A stretch of DNA of 64,000 bases from Felis catus. Its lineage: Eukaryota. Position numbers and translations under genes: made by a program. The stretch lies in assembly GCF_018350175.1 (NCBI RefSeq), contig NC_058383.1:27778001-27842000 (forward strand). The letters run 5' to 3'. The notes beneath the pieces are model-generated. The model was not told the origin of the DNA. It was given only the letters and a program-made list of their open reading frames with translations, and did not search any database. This document shows positions 23,824-36,330 of the stretch, in pieces (position 1 is the first letter of the stretch; each line of letters opens with the position of its first letter).

Positions 23824-23964
23824 TCCTAAAGCACCCCCATCAGGTCACCTAGTCAAATGCAATGCGTGTGATATGGTCAGACAGACCCAGGTTCAAATCT
23901 TGGGTCTGCCACTTTCTATTACTACTATTACTGATAATGAGAATAAACATGATGACTGCTGCCC

Positions 23965-24170
23965 TCTACTACTTATTGGGCACTTTGCAGACCTTCCCAA
24001 GACTCATTTATTTTGTCCTCACAACATGCCTTTGAGAAAGGGCTTTTATGACGCCCAATGCACAAGTGAGAAAACTAGGGCTCAAGAGAGTTGAGCATCT
24101 TGCCCGAGGTCTCAAAGCAAGTAAGAGAAGCAGCCAAATTCCAGCCTCTGTGCCTCTGATGCCGTGACCC
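23965..24170 (-). mobile_element. MIR SINE relic
   Basis: cctcacaacatgccttt..gagaaaactagggctcaagagagttgagcatcttgcccgaggtc. Confidence 0.7.
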
Positions 24171-24519
24171 CGAGGCTAGCTCCACGTGCTAGCTTCACTC
24201 CTCTGACTGCTTCCATGTCACAACGCCACTAACACTGAGCAGCAAGGGCCAGTAGAGAGGAGTAAATAAACTAATAAAAGAATGGCACAGACTTACCTAT
24301 AAAGGATGGTATTTTGTTTCACAAACATCTGCTGAGCACTTTATCTGTGCCAGGCACTGTGCCGATTCAGGCTTTGCTTACGCAATTTGTTCAGGGCTCA
24401 TGCCAACCCCATGAGGGAGGCGGCAGTAAATGCTTACGCTGACTTATTAAAGCTTGACTGTTTTGAGAACTCTATAAAGTTGGAGGACTTGCTGAGCCCT
24501 CGACATGACCCTAGGAGGC

Positions 24520-24983
24520 AGGCACTTGAGGCAGACGCTGGGGCTGGGGGGTGGGGGGCCCTCACTTGTATCACTGCAGGGTACACAAGCCAATTCCCAG
24601 CGTCTGGCACCTGCTTCTCTGCCAGGGCTTTCTTGGGCTGCCAAAGCTTGCTTTGCCCTTCCACGGGACATACTCTGCTGTTCCTCCCGTGGGAACATCA
24701 TTCCACACATGACTCACTCATCCTTCCCAGCTCACTCATCCTTCCAGGGGGAGGGAGGGTAACTCTGAGCTGTGGGTTATACAGTGTCGACCAGAGTCAC
24801 CCAGAGTGATTTCTGGGCTGCCTCAGTGGCAACTGACTGAATAATACACGCTTTCTGGCTGCATTCCCTTCCCTGTCTCACTTCCCTACTCCCCGACCTA
24901 TGTTCTCTGAACCTTTGAGATAAATTACTTGTAGTTAAATCTCCATCTCCGTGTCTGCTTCTGAGGGAACTCAAAATAGCATA
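24520..24983 (+). mobile_element. ERVL solo LTR (LTR16-like)
   Basis: ccttccctgtctcacttccctactcccc and 3' end ataaattacttg..aaatct..gtgtctgcttctgagggaactcaaa resemble recalled LTR16. Confidence 0.7.
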
Positions 24984-25006
24984 ATACTAGTGTTAGCCTC
25001 ATTTTC

Positions 25007-25223
25007 TTTTTTTTTTTTAACATTTATTTATTTTTTTGAGACGGAGAGAGACAGAGCACGAATGGGGGAGGGTCAGAGAGAGAGGGAGACACCGAATCCG
25101 AAACAGGCTCCAGGCTCCGAGCTTTCGGCACAGAGCCCAACACGGGGCTCGAACTCACGGACCGCAAGATCATGACCTGAGCCGAAGTCAGTCGCTCAAC
25201 CGACTGAGCCACCCAGGCGCCCC
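25007..25223 (-). mobile_element. Young felid SINE inserted in a MIR (-) relic that continues to ~25350
   Basis: CpG-rich body; TSD agcctcattttc at 24995-25006 and 25224-25235. Confidence 0.97.
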
Positions 25224-25549
25224 AGCCTCATTTTCAGATAAGAAGACAGAGGCACACAGAGTTTAAGTAACTTGCCCAAGGTCACACAGGTCACACAGCT
25301 GGGAAGTGATGGAGTTAGGATTCAAACCCAGGCAGCCTGGCTCTTCATGTTATGCATCATTAAGTTTTTCCTTCTGACTAAGCTGGGTAAAAAGAGTCGA
25401 AAGAGTTGCCTTATCACACCAAGGATAAACTGACACCAAAGCACTGGGTAACCAGTGGCCAGGTGTGCACACGGTTTCACGTACCTCTGCAAAGCCCAGC
25501 TCCATTCCTTAAGGAAAATGTCAGCTCCCCAACACAGCCAGCTGTGATC

Positions 25550-26700
25550 CCACTGAAAGATGTGATTACGGAAGCCATGCTAATGGTGTGATCACGTAGC
25601 AAGGATTTCTGGTGGGCTTGTAAACCTAAAACCGTAATTGCCAAAGAGAACTCATCCCCCACAAATCAAGCCCCTCTGTATTGACAATTACATCCGGTGT
25701 TGCACGGAATTTAATGCCTAAATAATGAAGTCAAAGAACAATGCTGGAGACTGAGCATTTGAATATACTTGATTGATTCATTTCTCGCTCCCATTTAATA
25801 ACCCACTTAGTCGGTGACGGTTAAGTGCAGCAGACTTAGAAAGAACATAACACACCAGAGAGAAAACATTTCACAGATTAATAACTGGATGTGGGTACAA
25901 GCTGACGCTCCCCTAATAGAGGCACAAAAATAGGTTATCGTCAAAAATCTGGATTTAATGTTCCAAAATGGGGATTCGTGCTTTGCTTTTATACGGTTCC
26001 ATACTTATCACCACAGGCTAATGAAACATAAATCAGAAATCAGGAGCTAATAAATGCAATTCTGGGGGAGTATTTTTTTTTAATTTAATACCTTCCAAGA
26101 TCATGATCTTTGTTCAAGATCTTTAATGTTCAAATTATAATGTGTGAATATTAAGCATATTCGATTATGATTGAACTCTCCAAAAGGCTAATTTATGAAC
26201 CCTGCAGCCTAACACGTGGGCACCATTTAAAGGAGGATGTGGCCACAGTTCATTTATACCGATTTCTCCAGTATCGAGAGAAACACTCTTAAACCGCCTG
26301 TACGAATAAAGTCACGCGCATATGTATCTGGCTGGTTTGTTTGATTTGTGCAGAGGGATATACAATTAAATGATATTGACTCAGTGTTTAAAGCAATTTT
26401 GGCAGGAATTTTGCTTTGGGGAACATTCTCATAAGTTTCTTACTTGTTGGGGTGAAGGAGAGAGGTGGTCAGCTAAAGGAAGGGTGCTTCCTCCGCTTGA
26501 GACAGTGACAAAAGGGGCTTCCCCTCCAACCAGAAATCTCTTTCTGAAATAATTTTATGATGCCTGTAGGAAAATATTTTCCCCCACTGAATTCGGTTTT
26601 AATGTCAGTTAAACAGTGTCCCCATCCCTTTAATTCATTATGACATTTACTCTCATTTGCCCTGTTTATCATGGGATGGGCAAACCACTAGGTAATGAGA
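25550..26700. promoter_or_regulatory. Candidate conserved non-coding element / enhancer
   Basis: No recognisable repeat; dense TAAT/ATTA cores, TCAAAGAACAATG (TCF/LEF plus SOX-like) 25731-25743, TGATTGAT (PBX-like) 25770-25777. Confidence 0.45.
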
Positions 26701-28414
26701 AGTGCCTCATGTCACTCCAGGTGTCCAGCCAGCCCAGAAGGACAGACTACTTACACCGCAGGGAACTGGAGGGAGGAGAGCGAAAGTGTTTCCTGTGTGC
26801 TAGGAAACACTCTGTCCTGGGAACATCTGGATCCATTCATTCTTCAGGTTACTGTCTTTTGCCATAACATTTTATTTTTTTTATTTGCTGCCAAAGAGTA
26901 TCTACGATACTGATTTGGTAAAAATGAAACATGAAGTTAGAACTCATAAGTTAGGATAAGATTGGGTAAAATATAACGCAGAGACTTACATCTCAAGACC
27001 ATACACATTTATTCCAAAGAAGTCATTTGATTCTGAGCCCCCTGGCAGTCAAGGTATAAAGGGAAACCCCGCCCTTAAATGATTCCCTAGGGAATGCAGA
27101 CATTTTTTTTCCCCTGACCCTTGAACAAGTGCTATCACTAACCTACAAAGTGTCTCTGAAAGAACTAATAACGTCATTCCCACATCCTACCCTCCATACG
27201 CACACCGCACACCACTCCCATGGATAGGCTCCTCTTACTGAGCACAGAGTGTGTTTATGCTGTTTAGCAACAAATTTACCCCTGTATGGATAGAAGCAGC
27301 TCTGTGGGCGGATGCCGGCAAGCTAACTGTGCCTAATGCAAGGGAGAAGGCACCCCTTCCTACAGGAAGATGGAGCCAAAAAAAGGAATACAATTTGGCA
27401 AGCAAATTCTGTCTTGACATCAGCTTCCACTATTCCTTTGGCTGGACTATGCACAAGGACGTGGAATTAATTCTAACACTTTTTTCATATAGGGCTTCCA
27501 AAGGAACCACAGAGAGACAGGACAGACAAAATTCTCAATAAAGGGAATAATCTTGGGTTCCCTGAAGCAGTGTCTCAGCCTTTGATGAAAGCCAAGAACA
27601 GTGCCTACGGGAAATTTAAGGACAACAATTCTAGTGGGGCCAAGATAATGTGGCCCTAAAATCCCCAGGTGTCTATTTCAGAACGATCTTGGAGGGGAGA
27701 CAGACTGAGTGGGCTTCAGCCAGTCTTCAAAGCACCACCTCTCTCAGTAAGTTCAGAATACTTCAGATCAGAGAAATTAATAAACCATTCCGCTCAATCA
27801 TGGTGCTAGATGAGCCATTAAAAGAACAACATCCAGCCCAGAAGCAGACCTTCCAGGACCTCTGAGAGATTCCTACGCTAGGCCAAGAAGGGCAGAATGG
27901 AGAGAAGGCTGAGATACTAAGACGATTCCTACCTTCTGTCTTTTATGTCATTAAGCCCCCTTTTCCTTCCTTAATTCCTGTCTTGGGGGGCTTGATTTAG
28001 TAAGCCATTTGCGTGGGTTTAAGAGCACAGACACAGGCTATAAATAATGAAGGCAGCCAGGAAATCATTCAGTTATATAGAGGGAAGGATAGTAGATTAA
28101 AGAGGAGTGCCAGAATGAAGGCCCTTCAGTCCTGGAGAAGAAAAGGAAGGGAAGAAGGGAGCTGGGAATGGACTGAAGCCCTGGAACTTGCCATTTTGAA
28201 GCAATCCTCTGTAACCCTCTGACAGTGAAAAGACAACCAACACAAGTTGGCAGAGAGGGCTCTTATGTTTTCCACAAACATCCCGTCACTCAGTGGGAAG
28301 CTTCCTTGTTCCTGCAAATGTCCCTCAAAAGAGAGTCTCTCTCTAGAAAAAATCATTTCGAACACTCCCATCTTGAGGGGAGGAGTCTGTTGTTGAAATA
28401 ATTTATGCTGGCCA

Positions 28415-28485
28415 TCCAGGAAGCAGTATGCAAATTTCAACTGTTCTGATTGGACAGAGTCTGGCAAGATGCCAACCAATCAATG
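28415..28485. promoter_or_regulatory. Compact motif module: ETS, octamer, CCAAT(-), NFI-like palindrome, CCAAT(+)
   Basis: CAGGAAG 28417-28423, ATGCAAAT 28428-28435, TGATTGG 28447-28453, CTGGC-N5-GCCAA 28461-28475, CCAATCA 28476-28482. Confidence 0.45.
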
Positions 28486-29399
28486 CCCAGTATTAGGGTT
28501 TAACCCTTCCATTCCTGTTTTCACTGTCAGTCTGGGACCAAGAACAAATTCACCTTCAGACTCTCAACTCACTAAGCTTGCAGGGAAGGTTTCACCACTG
28601 ACTAGTGGTGCTTGAGCTATAGAAAGCCAGCCAGTATAATGTAAGACCAGGCAGAAATTCCTCCCCGGTTCCCAGTTTTGTTCATGACCTCTCATATTAC
28701 GGTCAACATCTGGAATGAACAACTAATAATTGCAGCAATACCCTGAGGGGTTTACGCCTATTTACATAGAAATAGTTCTGACCAGAGGTGGCCACCAGCA
28801 ATGGTTAATTTAATTTACTATCCCTTGGCAAAAGAATAGTCATTGGTTTTCCAGCACTTTTAACCTTGCTAGACCCTTGGGAAATAAAAATTAGATTGAG
28901 AGAAAATTACCAGTGGTGGAGAACAGTATAAAAGTGACAGTAACATATATAAACCTCTGGCAGGAGTGGAATAAAGTGGCATATTATTGTTCACTGGCTT
29001 CCAAAGTTCAATATTTCTTGTGTGATTTACACTTCCACCTTTGTCTCGCCCCCTGGAGTAATTCTGGCCACTCCGGGCAGCCTCTCCCAAGATGCACATC
29101 CTTGTTACTGTCAGAGAAGGGACAGATCACCTGGCTAAGTAGGGAGAGATGTTTGGACAAAGAGCCATGAGAAAATGGGGCTCCACAAATAAGAGTTTAA
29201 AGAGATGCCTGGAATGAAGCGGCTGAATGTCTGGGATGGCTAAGGCTGACATTCCAGCTTTCTGTACAGAATTCTGTGATCATGTTCTGTGTGACAGCTC
29301 AGCTCTGATTGAGGGTTCTGGCCAATGCTGCCCTCTCAGCCTCACTGCTCACCATTCCATGAAATCTCCTGTATTCACACTCACACCTACACCACAGTT

Positions 29400-30000
29400 G
29401 TTTCTCTTTCCTGAACCTTTGCTCATGCGATATTCTCTGCCCGGACCACCCTTCTTCCCCTTCTCTATTTTCTTGGTCTAGCTCCTCATTGCCTTTCAAA
29501 ACTCAGCCCAGGCATCACCTCCTCAAGGACACTTTCCCTGATTACCTCCAGGCTCGGTGAGCGCCACTTCCAGTATTATCCTTTGGAACTTGCCACTTCC
29601 ATTATTTGCATTTATCTCTTTATGTCTTTCTATCTCACCTCACAAAATGAGACTACTGTGACCTCCCAGAGAACAGAAAATTTAAGTCCACAGAGAGAGG
29701 TCAGGGTTCAAAACAGGAGACAGAGGCACAGGTTAGGAAACTCCTGACATCTCCAACTGGATAGATTTCCTATTATAGGCTTCTCCTTCATTGCACATAC
29801 CACAATTTCATCCTTATTTATTTGTGTGATTATCTGACTAATGTATACATACACACACACACACACACACACACAAGACTGTAAAGGCAGTCATTGTGTC
29901 TACCTTTCTTTCCCATATTTCTCACATCTAACACAGTGCCTAGCAAAAAGATGGTGCCCTATAAATGTGTATAATTATTCAACTAATTAATTAATAAATA
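29400..30000 (+). mobile_element. LINE-2 3' relic fragments with (AC)12 at 29851-29874
   Basis: cctttgctcatgc, caaaactcagcccaggcatcacctcctcaagg..ttccctga, tctaacacagtgcctagca. Confidence 0.65.
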
Positions 30001-31729
30001 GATCAGGGAGAGAAAAAGCAGAAATAAGGTCATGAATGGGCCCAAATTCCAAAGTTCATTTGTATGCGTCTGCATGGGACAAGAATAAGAACACTATATG
30101 GAGCTGATACATACTGAGCTCACTTCCAAGGAAATTACATCCAAGCCAGGAAGGGTCTGATTCAGAGACTTATGTATAAACAAATATTGAAACCACCATG
30201 GAATTTCTTTTCCCCAATAGGACCCAAGGCCCCTAATTTATTGAGTATAAACAGACTTAACTGCTGAAGTTGTCTGGAATCCACTAACACCCTCATTTGA
30301 CATGTAATGAAGTGTAGCCAGATCTTATCCACCTACCTACTGGAATGATAAACTCATGAAGAGAGCATTGTATCTGTTTAGGAGACCCTGTGATTAATAG
30401 TTTGGGGTACAGCATGAGGTTCCAAAAGTCATGCACAGGTCACAACACAAGAACACCAAAGTGCCTTGGATAAACAGTGATCACAGTTACTCTTAGGTTC
30501 TTTTATTTTGCCAAGCATCATTGTGAGTTGAATTTGCAAGTTTGGGGCAGAGAAGAATTGCTCTGATAATAGAAAAGAAGGGATGCAGGGCACTGCATTG
30601 GGTGTCAGGAAAGACAGACACACAGGTGATGTGAGTGTTAAGAGACTTGGGGATTTTTCAATGTGCTTCCTATGGGCAATGTGATATACACTCACTCCCT
30701 GTCTCACTATAACATCTTCAGTAAATTCTGCTTGGCTTCTTAATTCTCTCTCACCTGAGTAGATTTTTATGTGGAAGGTGGGAAGGAGGACTCAAAGAGT
30801 AGGATAAGTTAGTAGCTGACATCTGGAGGTTAAAATCCAGGGGAAATGATTCCGAGCCAAGCTAGCTGACTTGCCAAAAACTCTCTGCTAGCCATAGACT
30901 GACCCATTCAGATCCATCAGCTGGATCCCTCCCCGTCCTATACATTAAAGGTGTCAACGAGGCTTTCAGCAAGGTTCCGCAGGCAAGAGAGAAGGAAGGG
31001 CAAGTCCACTGTGGTGAGTTCATGTCAACATTCATTGGCATCTAATACATGTCAGACAGTGTATATGGATTCTCACTTAAGCTCCACAACATCTCTATGG
31101 AGTAGTTGGTGTTATTTCTATTTTTTACATGAAGAATGAAGAAATTCAAGACTATGGAGGTAAAGTGTTACGAGTTAGCCAGCCAGTAAGTATTAGAGCC
31201 AGGATCTGAATTCCCAACTTTCCACCATATTACACTATCTTCTTATAAAAGCTGGATGATGTCTGAGGAAGGACAAGGGGCAGAGTTGGGAGATGAGGCC
31301 ACCAATTCAGAATTTCCTGGTTGCCGTGGGGTACTTTAACAGTATAGGGAGCCAAATAGGTGCACTGGTAAGGTAGATAACCATAAGCCTGTGAATCGTG
31401 GGACTTCATTTGGCATAATCACCAAGGGGAGTCAGACAGCAAGGGGCTGGGAATGCAGGCACTGGAATCAGGCAAATCCTCATCTGAATCGTGGCTCTGA
31501 TTTATTATCTGAAACAGTTCAACTCTAAATTTCCCTTTAGAAATAATAATCATAAACATAAATTTAACGATTAGTCAAAAGAAGAACAGCCCTTTTGAAT
31601 TAGGGAACAACTGTCGCCAGAGAATAATAACCCTAAATCTCCTTTGCTGGATTCATAGCAGCCTCCAGTTCACTAAGCATAAAAGCCCAATCTTGCAATT
31701 TCCTTAATTCCTAAAAATAAACTGAAACT

Positions 31730-31960
31730 TCTGGTGTCACTGGGATGAGTCTTAATTCTTTCGAAAAGATAATGCTGAGAGTGGTGACTATTTGGCAACC
31801 TTGGAAAAATTATGCCACCTCTTTGAGACAGGTGTGTCGTCTGTAAGAGGAGGATAACCATGCAAAAAAGTGGGTTTTGTAGATGTTGTGAGATAATGCG
31901 TGTAGAGTCCTCAGAACAGTGGTCACCACAGGGCAAGCACTCGGTGAAAAGGAATTGAGG
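31730..31960 (+). mobile_element. MIR SINE relic
   Basis: caaccttggaaaaattat..tctgtaagaggaggataa..tgagataatgcgtgtagagtcctcagaacagtg. Confidence 0.65.
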
Positions 31961-32175
31961 ACAGTGGCGATGACAATGACAGAAACAATAATGCAAAGAT
32001 AGACCATAATGACACAATGATGTGTTGGTGTGGATGTGGTGGTAGATGACAAGGATGATGATGGCAATCAGGATGACAAAGACAACAGTGCGACGGTGAG
32101 ACCTTGATAAGCAGTGATCATGATGCTAATGTGTTTGTTGATGGTGATCATGTTGGTGAGGGTGAACATGAGGAA
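31960..32175. repeat. Degenerate (GAT/GAC/GGT)n trinucleotide low-complexity tract
   Basis: 3-bp periodic gatgacaatgac..gatgatgatggc..gatggtgatcatgttggtg. Confidence 0.7.
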
Positions 32176-32999
32176 GGAAAAAGAAGCAAAAAGGCAAAAA
32201 GAAGGGAAACAGAAGAAAGGAGGAATTAAAAGAAGAAAGCACAGGCTCTCTGTAATGCAGCAACTATAACTCATGGGTGACTGGGTCTCACCTGTCCAAA
32301 CCTGAGGCGCTCTGTTCCTCCACCCACAACAGATAGGCACGCCAACAGACATGGCCTCTGGGATGCCTCCAGCCCCACCAGTCACCCAGCCCACTCCTCT
32401 CCCAAGGATGAGAAGGGAACCTTATTCTTTCGATTCACTGTATTAAGACAATAATGCAGCCACATGCCCACCATAACCCCTATAGCCAGATGCTTTCTGT
32501 GCAGTAAAGCCAAAGACATAAAGACTAGCAATATATAGGAGCAATCCTCAAGAGCCTAGCTTCCAGGGAGACTGAGGCCATGCCTGGGAGGACCTGGCCA
32601 AATCACTTTCTTGGGGTCACCATTCATAAAATGGAAATGAAGTCTTTACAAGAGTTCTAAGAATGTCAAATGCATGAGTAAGATCACATAAGCAAACGCG
32701 TGCTCCAAGTTCTCTCGAGTAGCGACTATGAATATCTTAAATTTTAGATAATTATAAAGTACAGAATTATTCCAGTGGATGAAAGCATGACTTTTAACAA
32801 GGTAATTAATCTCTCCAAATCTCTCCTTGATGAAATAATAAGTTAATACAGCAGTACCTATCTTATAAAACAGGAACAAGTCTTAAGTGAGATGGTCTAT
32901 ATAAAGATTTCAACATCACATCTTTCTCACGGTATCCTCCAGTAACATTAGCTGATATTATTACTAGTGCAGGAGACGATACAAAAATAAAACAAATAT

Positions 33000-33810
33000 A
33001 CCCAAGATGTGATTACGTGACTCTCCCGCTTAAAACTTTTAGTGGTTTCCCCACAGCTCTAAGGACAGAATCCAGACACTTAATACTGGCTAAAAAAGCC
33101 CTTCGTGACCTGGCTCCTGCCTAACTCCCTCCACAATTAAACCTTCCTGAACTGCTTTTATGCCTTCCAGGTTTCAAACTCTTGCTGTGCCCTCACACTT
33201 CCATTGTGTTGCTGGACCTCCTAGAAAACTCAGCCCCCAGGCTCGGGGCGGGCTGCCGCCCTGCGTGGCCCACAGCCCTTTGAATCTCCCATATCACAGC
33301 GTGGTTGGGTAGTTTCCGGGTGATTCATTTGTTTCCACAACTACTTCGGATTGAGATGGTATACCGACTGTTAATCTTCACCATCTATCACAGCACCCGG
33401 CACAGAGCAGAGCTCAGGAAATGCTTGCTGGATGAAGAAATGAGCAGTGTGATGGATTTGCATGGGGTGCAGAGGAGGAGCATGGAAGGGGTCAGAGGAA
33501 GCCTGATGGAAGATGATACCTGAGCAGGATCTTGATGGACAGGCAAGATTTACCCAGGCAGATAAAAAGAGTAAGAGCATTCCAGAAAGAGAGAAGAACA
33601 TGGACAAAGCACAGAAGCATGACAGAGCACGGAGCACCGGGGAAACTGCATACACTTATGCAGCAGTGAAATACAGGATTCCAGAGTAGCACAGTGTGAG
33701 AAGATGCCGGGCTGTGTGTGCCATCAAAATCCCTGGCCTTTATGCTGGGAACATTGGGCAGCCATTGAAAAATTCAAAGCAGAGAATCGATTAGATCAGA
33801 TTGGTGACAG
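33000..33810. mobile_element. LINE-2 relics (+ strand ~33000-33450; - strand ~33480-33810)
   Basis: gcttaaaacttttagtggtttcccc..gcccttcgtgacctggctcctgcc..gctcaggaaatgcttgctggatgaa; then gagcattccagaaagagagaagaacatggacaaagcacaga. Confidence 0.65.
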
Positions 33811-34601
33811 GGGCCTATTATCTGATTATTTCCCATTCTTCCCACCCTCCCATCTTGTTCTCTCCTTTCCTATATCTTCTTGGATATATTCTTTCTTTTC
33901 CTACAGTTTCCATTTACATTTTTGTTGACCCAGGATGTCAGAAAATCACGACTTAAGCCGGGCAGTCCTAACAGCATCAACTGGGATTCGGGGGGATAAA
34001 ATTCCATTGTGACATGGCCAGAAACAATAAAGGGCACTTGTTCTCAACATGAGAGCTCTACAAATGTTCTGAAAATGAGTCAGGTGTTGTATGTACATAC
34101 TGACATAAAAGGAACATGTGTGTCACTTGCTTAAAATAATTATTTACCTGCAAGTGCCTGTGGCAACACAAAACCGTTCCAATGACTAATGCACTTCTTT
34201 TTAAATTGTAAATATAACTCTTCTCATTTCTCCTCCTTCAGTGCAAAAAACACATTATCCATTGACTAGCATGGCTGATGAAGTTTATCCTAAGATGATA
34301 GTTAATCACACCCAAAGCCCCAGAGTTCTCTGAGGATTACGGTTAGTGTTAACATTTAACTTTAGAGTTAGGGTTTAGGGTTAAGGTTTAATATTAAGAG
34401 TCAAGATTCCCTTTAAGGAAAATATTTTAAAATGACTACAATCTAATACAGTTAGAATATCCAAAGAAGAGGAACCAAGATTCAAAAGGTTAGATAAAAC
34501 TCATGATATGAAACCAACAATGAGAGGGTGGCTGGGGAGCTAATAATTGATCAAGTATGGAAAAATTTTTGAGAACAAGGATTAATACCTTTCTACTAGA
34601 G

Positions 34602-34825
34602 CAGGTGACAGCAAAAATTTTCTGTAAAGGACCACATAGCAAATATTATCAGCTTCACAGGCTATATACAGTCTCTGTCACAACTATTCAATTCTGTTGT
34701 TTTAGAGCAAAAGGACTCATAGGCCATGCATGTACAAATAAGTATGGCTGTTTCAATAAAATTCTGTTTAGAAAAATAGGCAGCAAGGAAAATATGGCCC
34801 ATGGGCCATGGTTTATTGGGCATTT
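34602..34825 (+). mobile_element. hAT-Charlie MER58A-like element
   Basis: gcaaaaattttctgtaaagggaccacatagcaaatatt..gtctctgtcacaactattcaattctg..tggcccatgggccatggttt. Confidence 0.85.
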
Positions 34826-34983
34826 ATGAGTATCTTTGTGATAGACTCTAAGAGGACAGTCTTCTGAACCAATGTAGAGAGATGAAAAATGGAGATATTG
34901 GAAAACAAGATCAAGGCTGAAGCATTATGAGAAAGCCTAGATCCAGCCACACCTGAAACTAAATCTCTTGATATCTTCATTTA

Positions 34984-35398
34984 CAGGAGTCACCCGCCTT
35001 ATCCATGGTTTCACTTTCCATGGTTCCAGTTACCCGTGGTCAACCACGGACCAAAAGCAGATGATCTTCCTTTCCTATGTATCATCAGAAGGTCAACAGT
35101 AGCCTAAACACTGCATCACAAGACCTACATCATCACACGGGCATGATATCATCTCGTATCATCACAAGAAGAAGGGGAGGTACAGAACAGTAAGATATTT
35201 TGAGGGAGAGACACCTATTCATATGACATTTATTATACTATATTGTTCTAATTATCCTATTTTATTATTAATGATTATTGTGGCAATCCCTTACTATGCC
35301 TAATTTATGATCTACAATTTATCATAGGTGTGTATGCATAGGAAAAAGCAGTCTATACAGGGTTTGTTATATGCCCTGCAGATAACAAAGACCGCTAT
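34984..35398 (+). mobile_element. TcMar-Tigger (MER44/Tigger7-derived) non-autonomous element inserted in an old MLT1J/K-like LTR (~34860-35495)
   Basis: ccttatccatggtttcactttccatggttccagttacccgtggtcaaccacgg start, atcatcacaagaagaagggg, TA flanks; host LTR gatccagccacacctgaa | aataaattaccttt..ccactgtaacc. Confidence 0.82.
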
Positions 35399-35979
35399 AT
35401 AGGAAATAATAAATTACCTTTTTTGTTTTGTTTTGTTTATGTAGCATGAGTTAGGTTTCTATCCACTGTAACCAGAAAACTCCCGATTGCCAGAAAAAAA
35501 GATTCCAGGTCTTACCCTAAATCTTCTGACTCTCATTCCAGTGCTCTTTCTTTTCAGGCAGAAATGAATGGCCCTAGTTGAGATATCTTCTGTCCTGGCC
35601 AAAGATCAACGTTGCCTATGTGGGCTGGATTTTGCTCCAAGAAATCCCTGTTTCTTGGAGTATCATTAAAGGAAAAGTATGTGCCTAAGACATGCTGCCC
35701 ATGGATGTGGAAAGTTGACAGAACAGCCCTGGAGGGCCAGATGGCTTCCAGACAGCTGTGACTTGATGGAGGCGCTCCATTTGGCAGGGTCAGGGAGAGC
35801 CCAGCATGAACAGCATCAATTAGCAACCTCTTTTGAGAGAGGACGATTATAGCACATCACTGCAATCAAGCTTCATGCAGCCACTACAAATAATGGTTAT
35901 AAAGTCTCTGTAGCAACATGCAGACACGTTTGATGTGATTTTGAAAGAGAATAGCAGAATACACCAGAATCCTCATTTG

Positions 35980-36330
35980 TTGCTGAAGAAATCATGAATT
36001 GGTACACACTCCCCAGGAAGGAATTTTGCCACATGCATCAAAAATCTTTAAAATAAAAAAACCTCATGGCTTTTGATTCAGTAGTCATCCTCCTCTCCTA
36101 TAAGAATCTACGCCCAAGAAAATAATCACAAATGCAAACACAGATTTCTGCATAAGGATGTTCATCACAGCATTATTTATAATAGTGATAAAAGAAAACA
36201 GTGCCCAAATGCCAAAGGTAGGAAATTGATGAAATCTATTACAGCCACAGGATGAAAAATGATGACAGCCATCATAATTATGATTAAGAAGAATCCTTAA
36301 TGTCATGGTAAAATATTTACACTAACAAAC
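35980..36330 (+). mobile_element. Ancient LINE-1 (L1ME/MC-like) fragment
   Basis: aattggtaca, aggatgttcatcacagcattatttataatagtga. Confidence 0.7.

Noticed and set aside
28780..28805. CTCF-like ccagaggtggccaccagca
   Set aside because: Only half-site matches in either register
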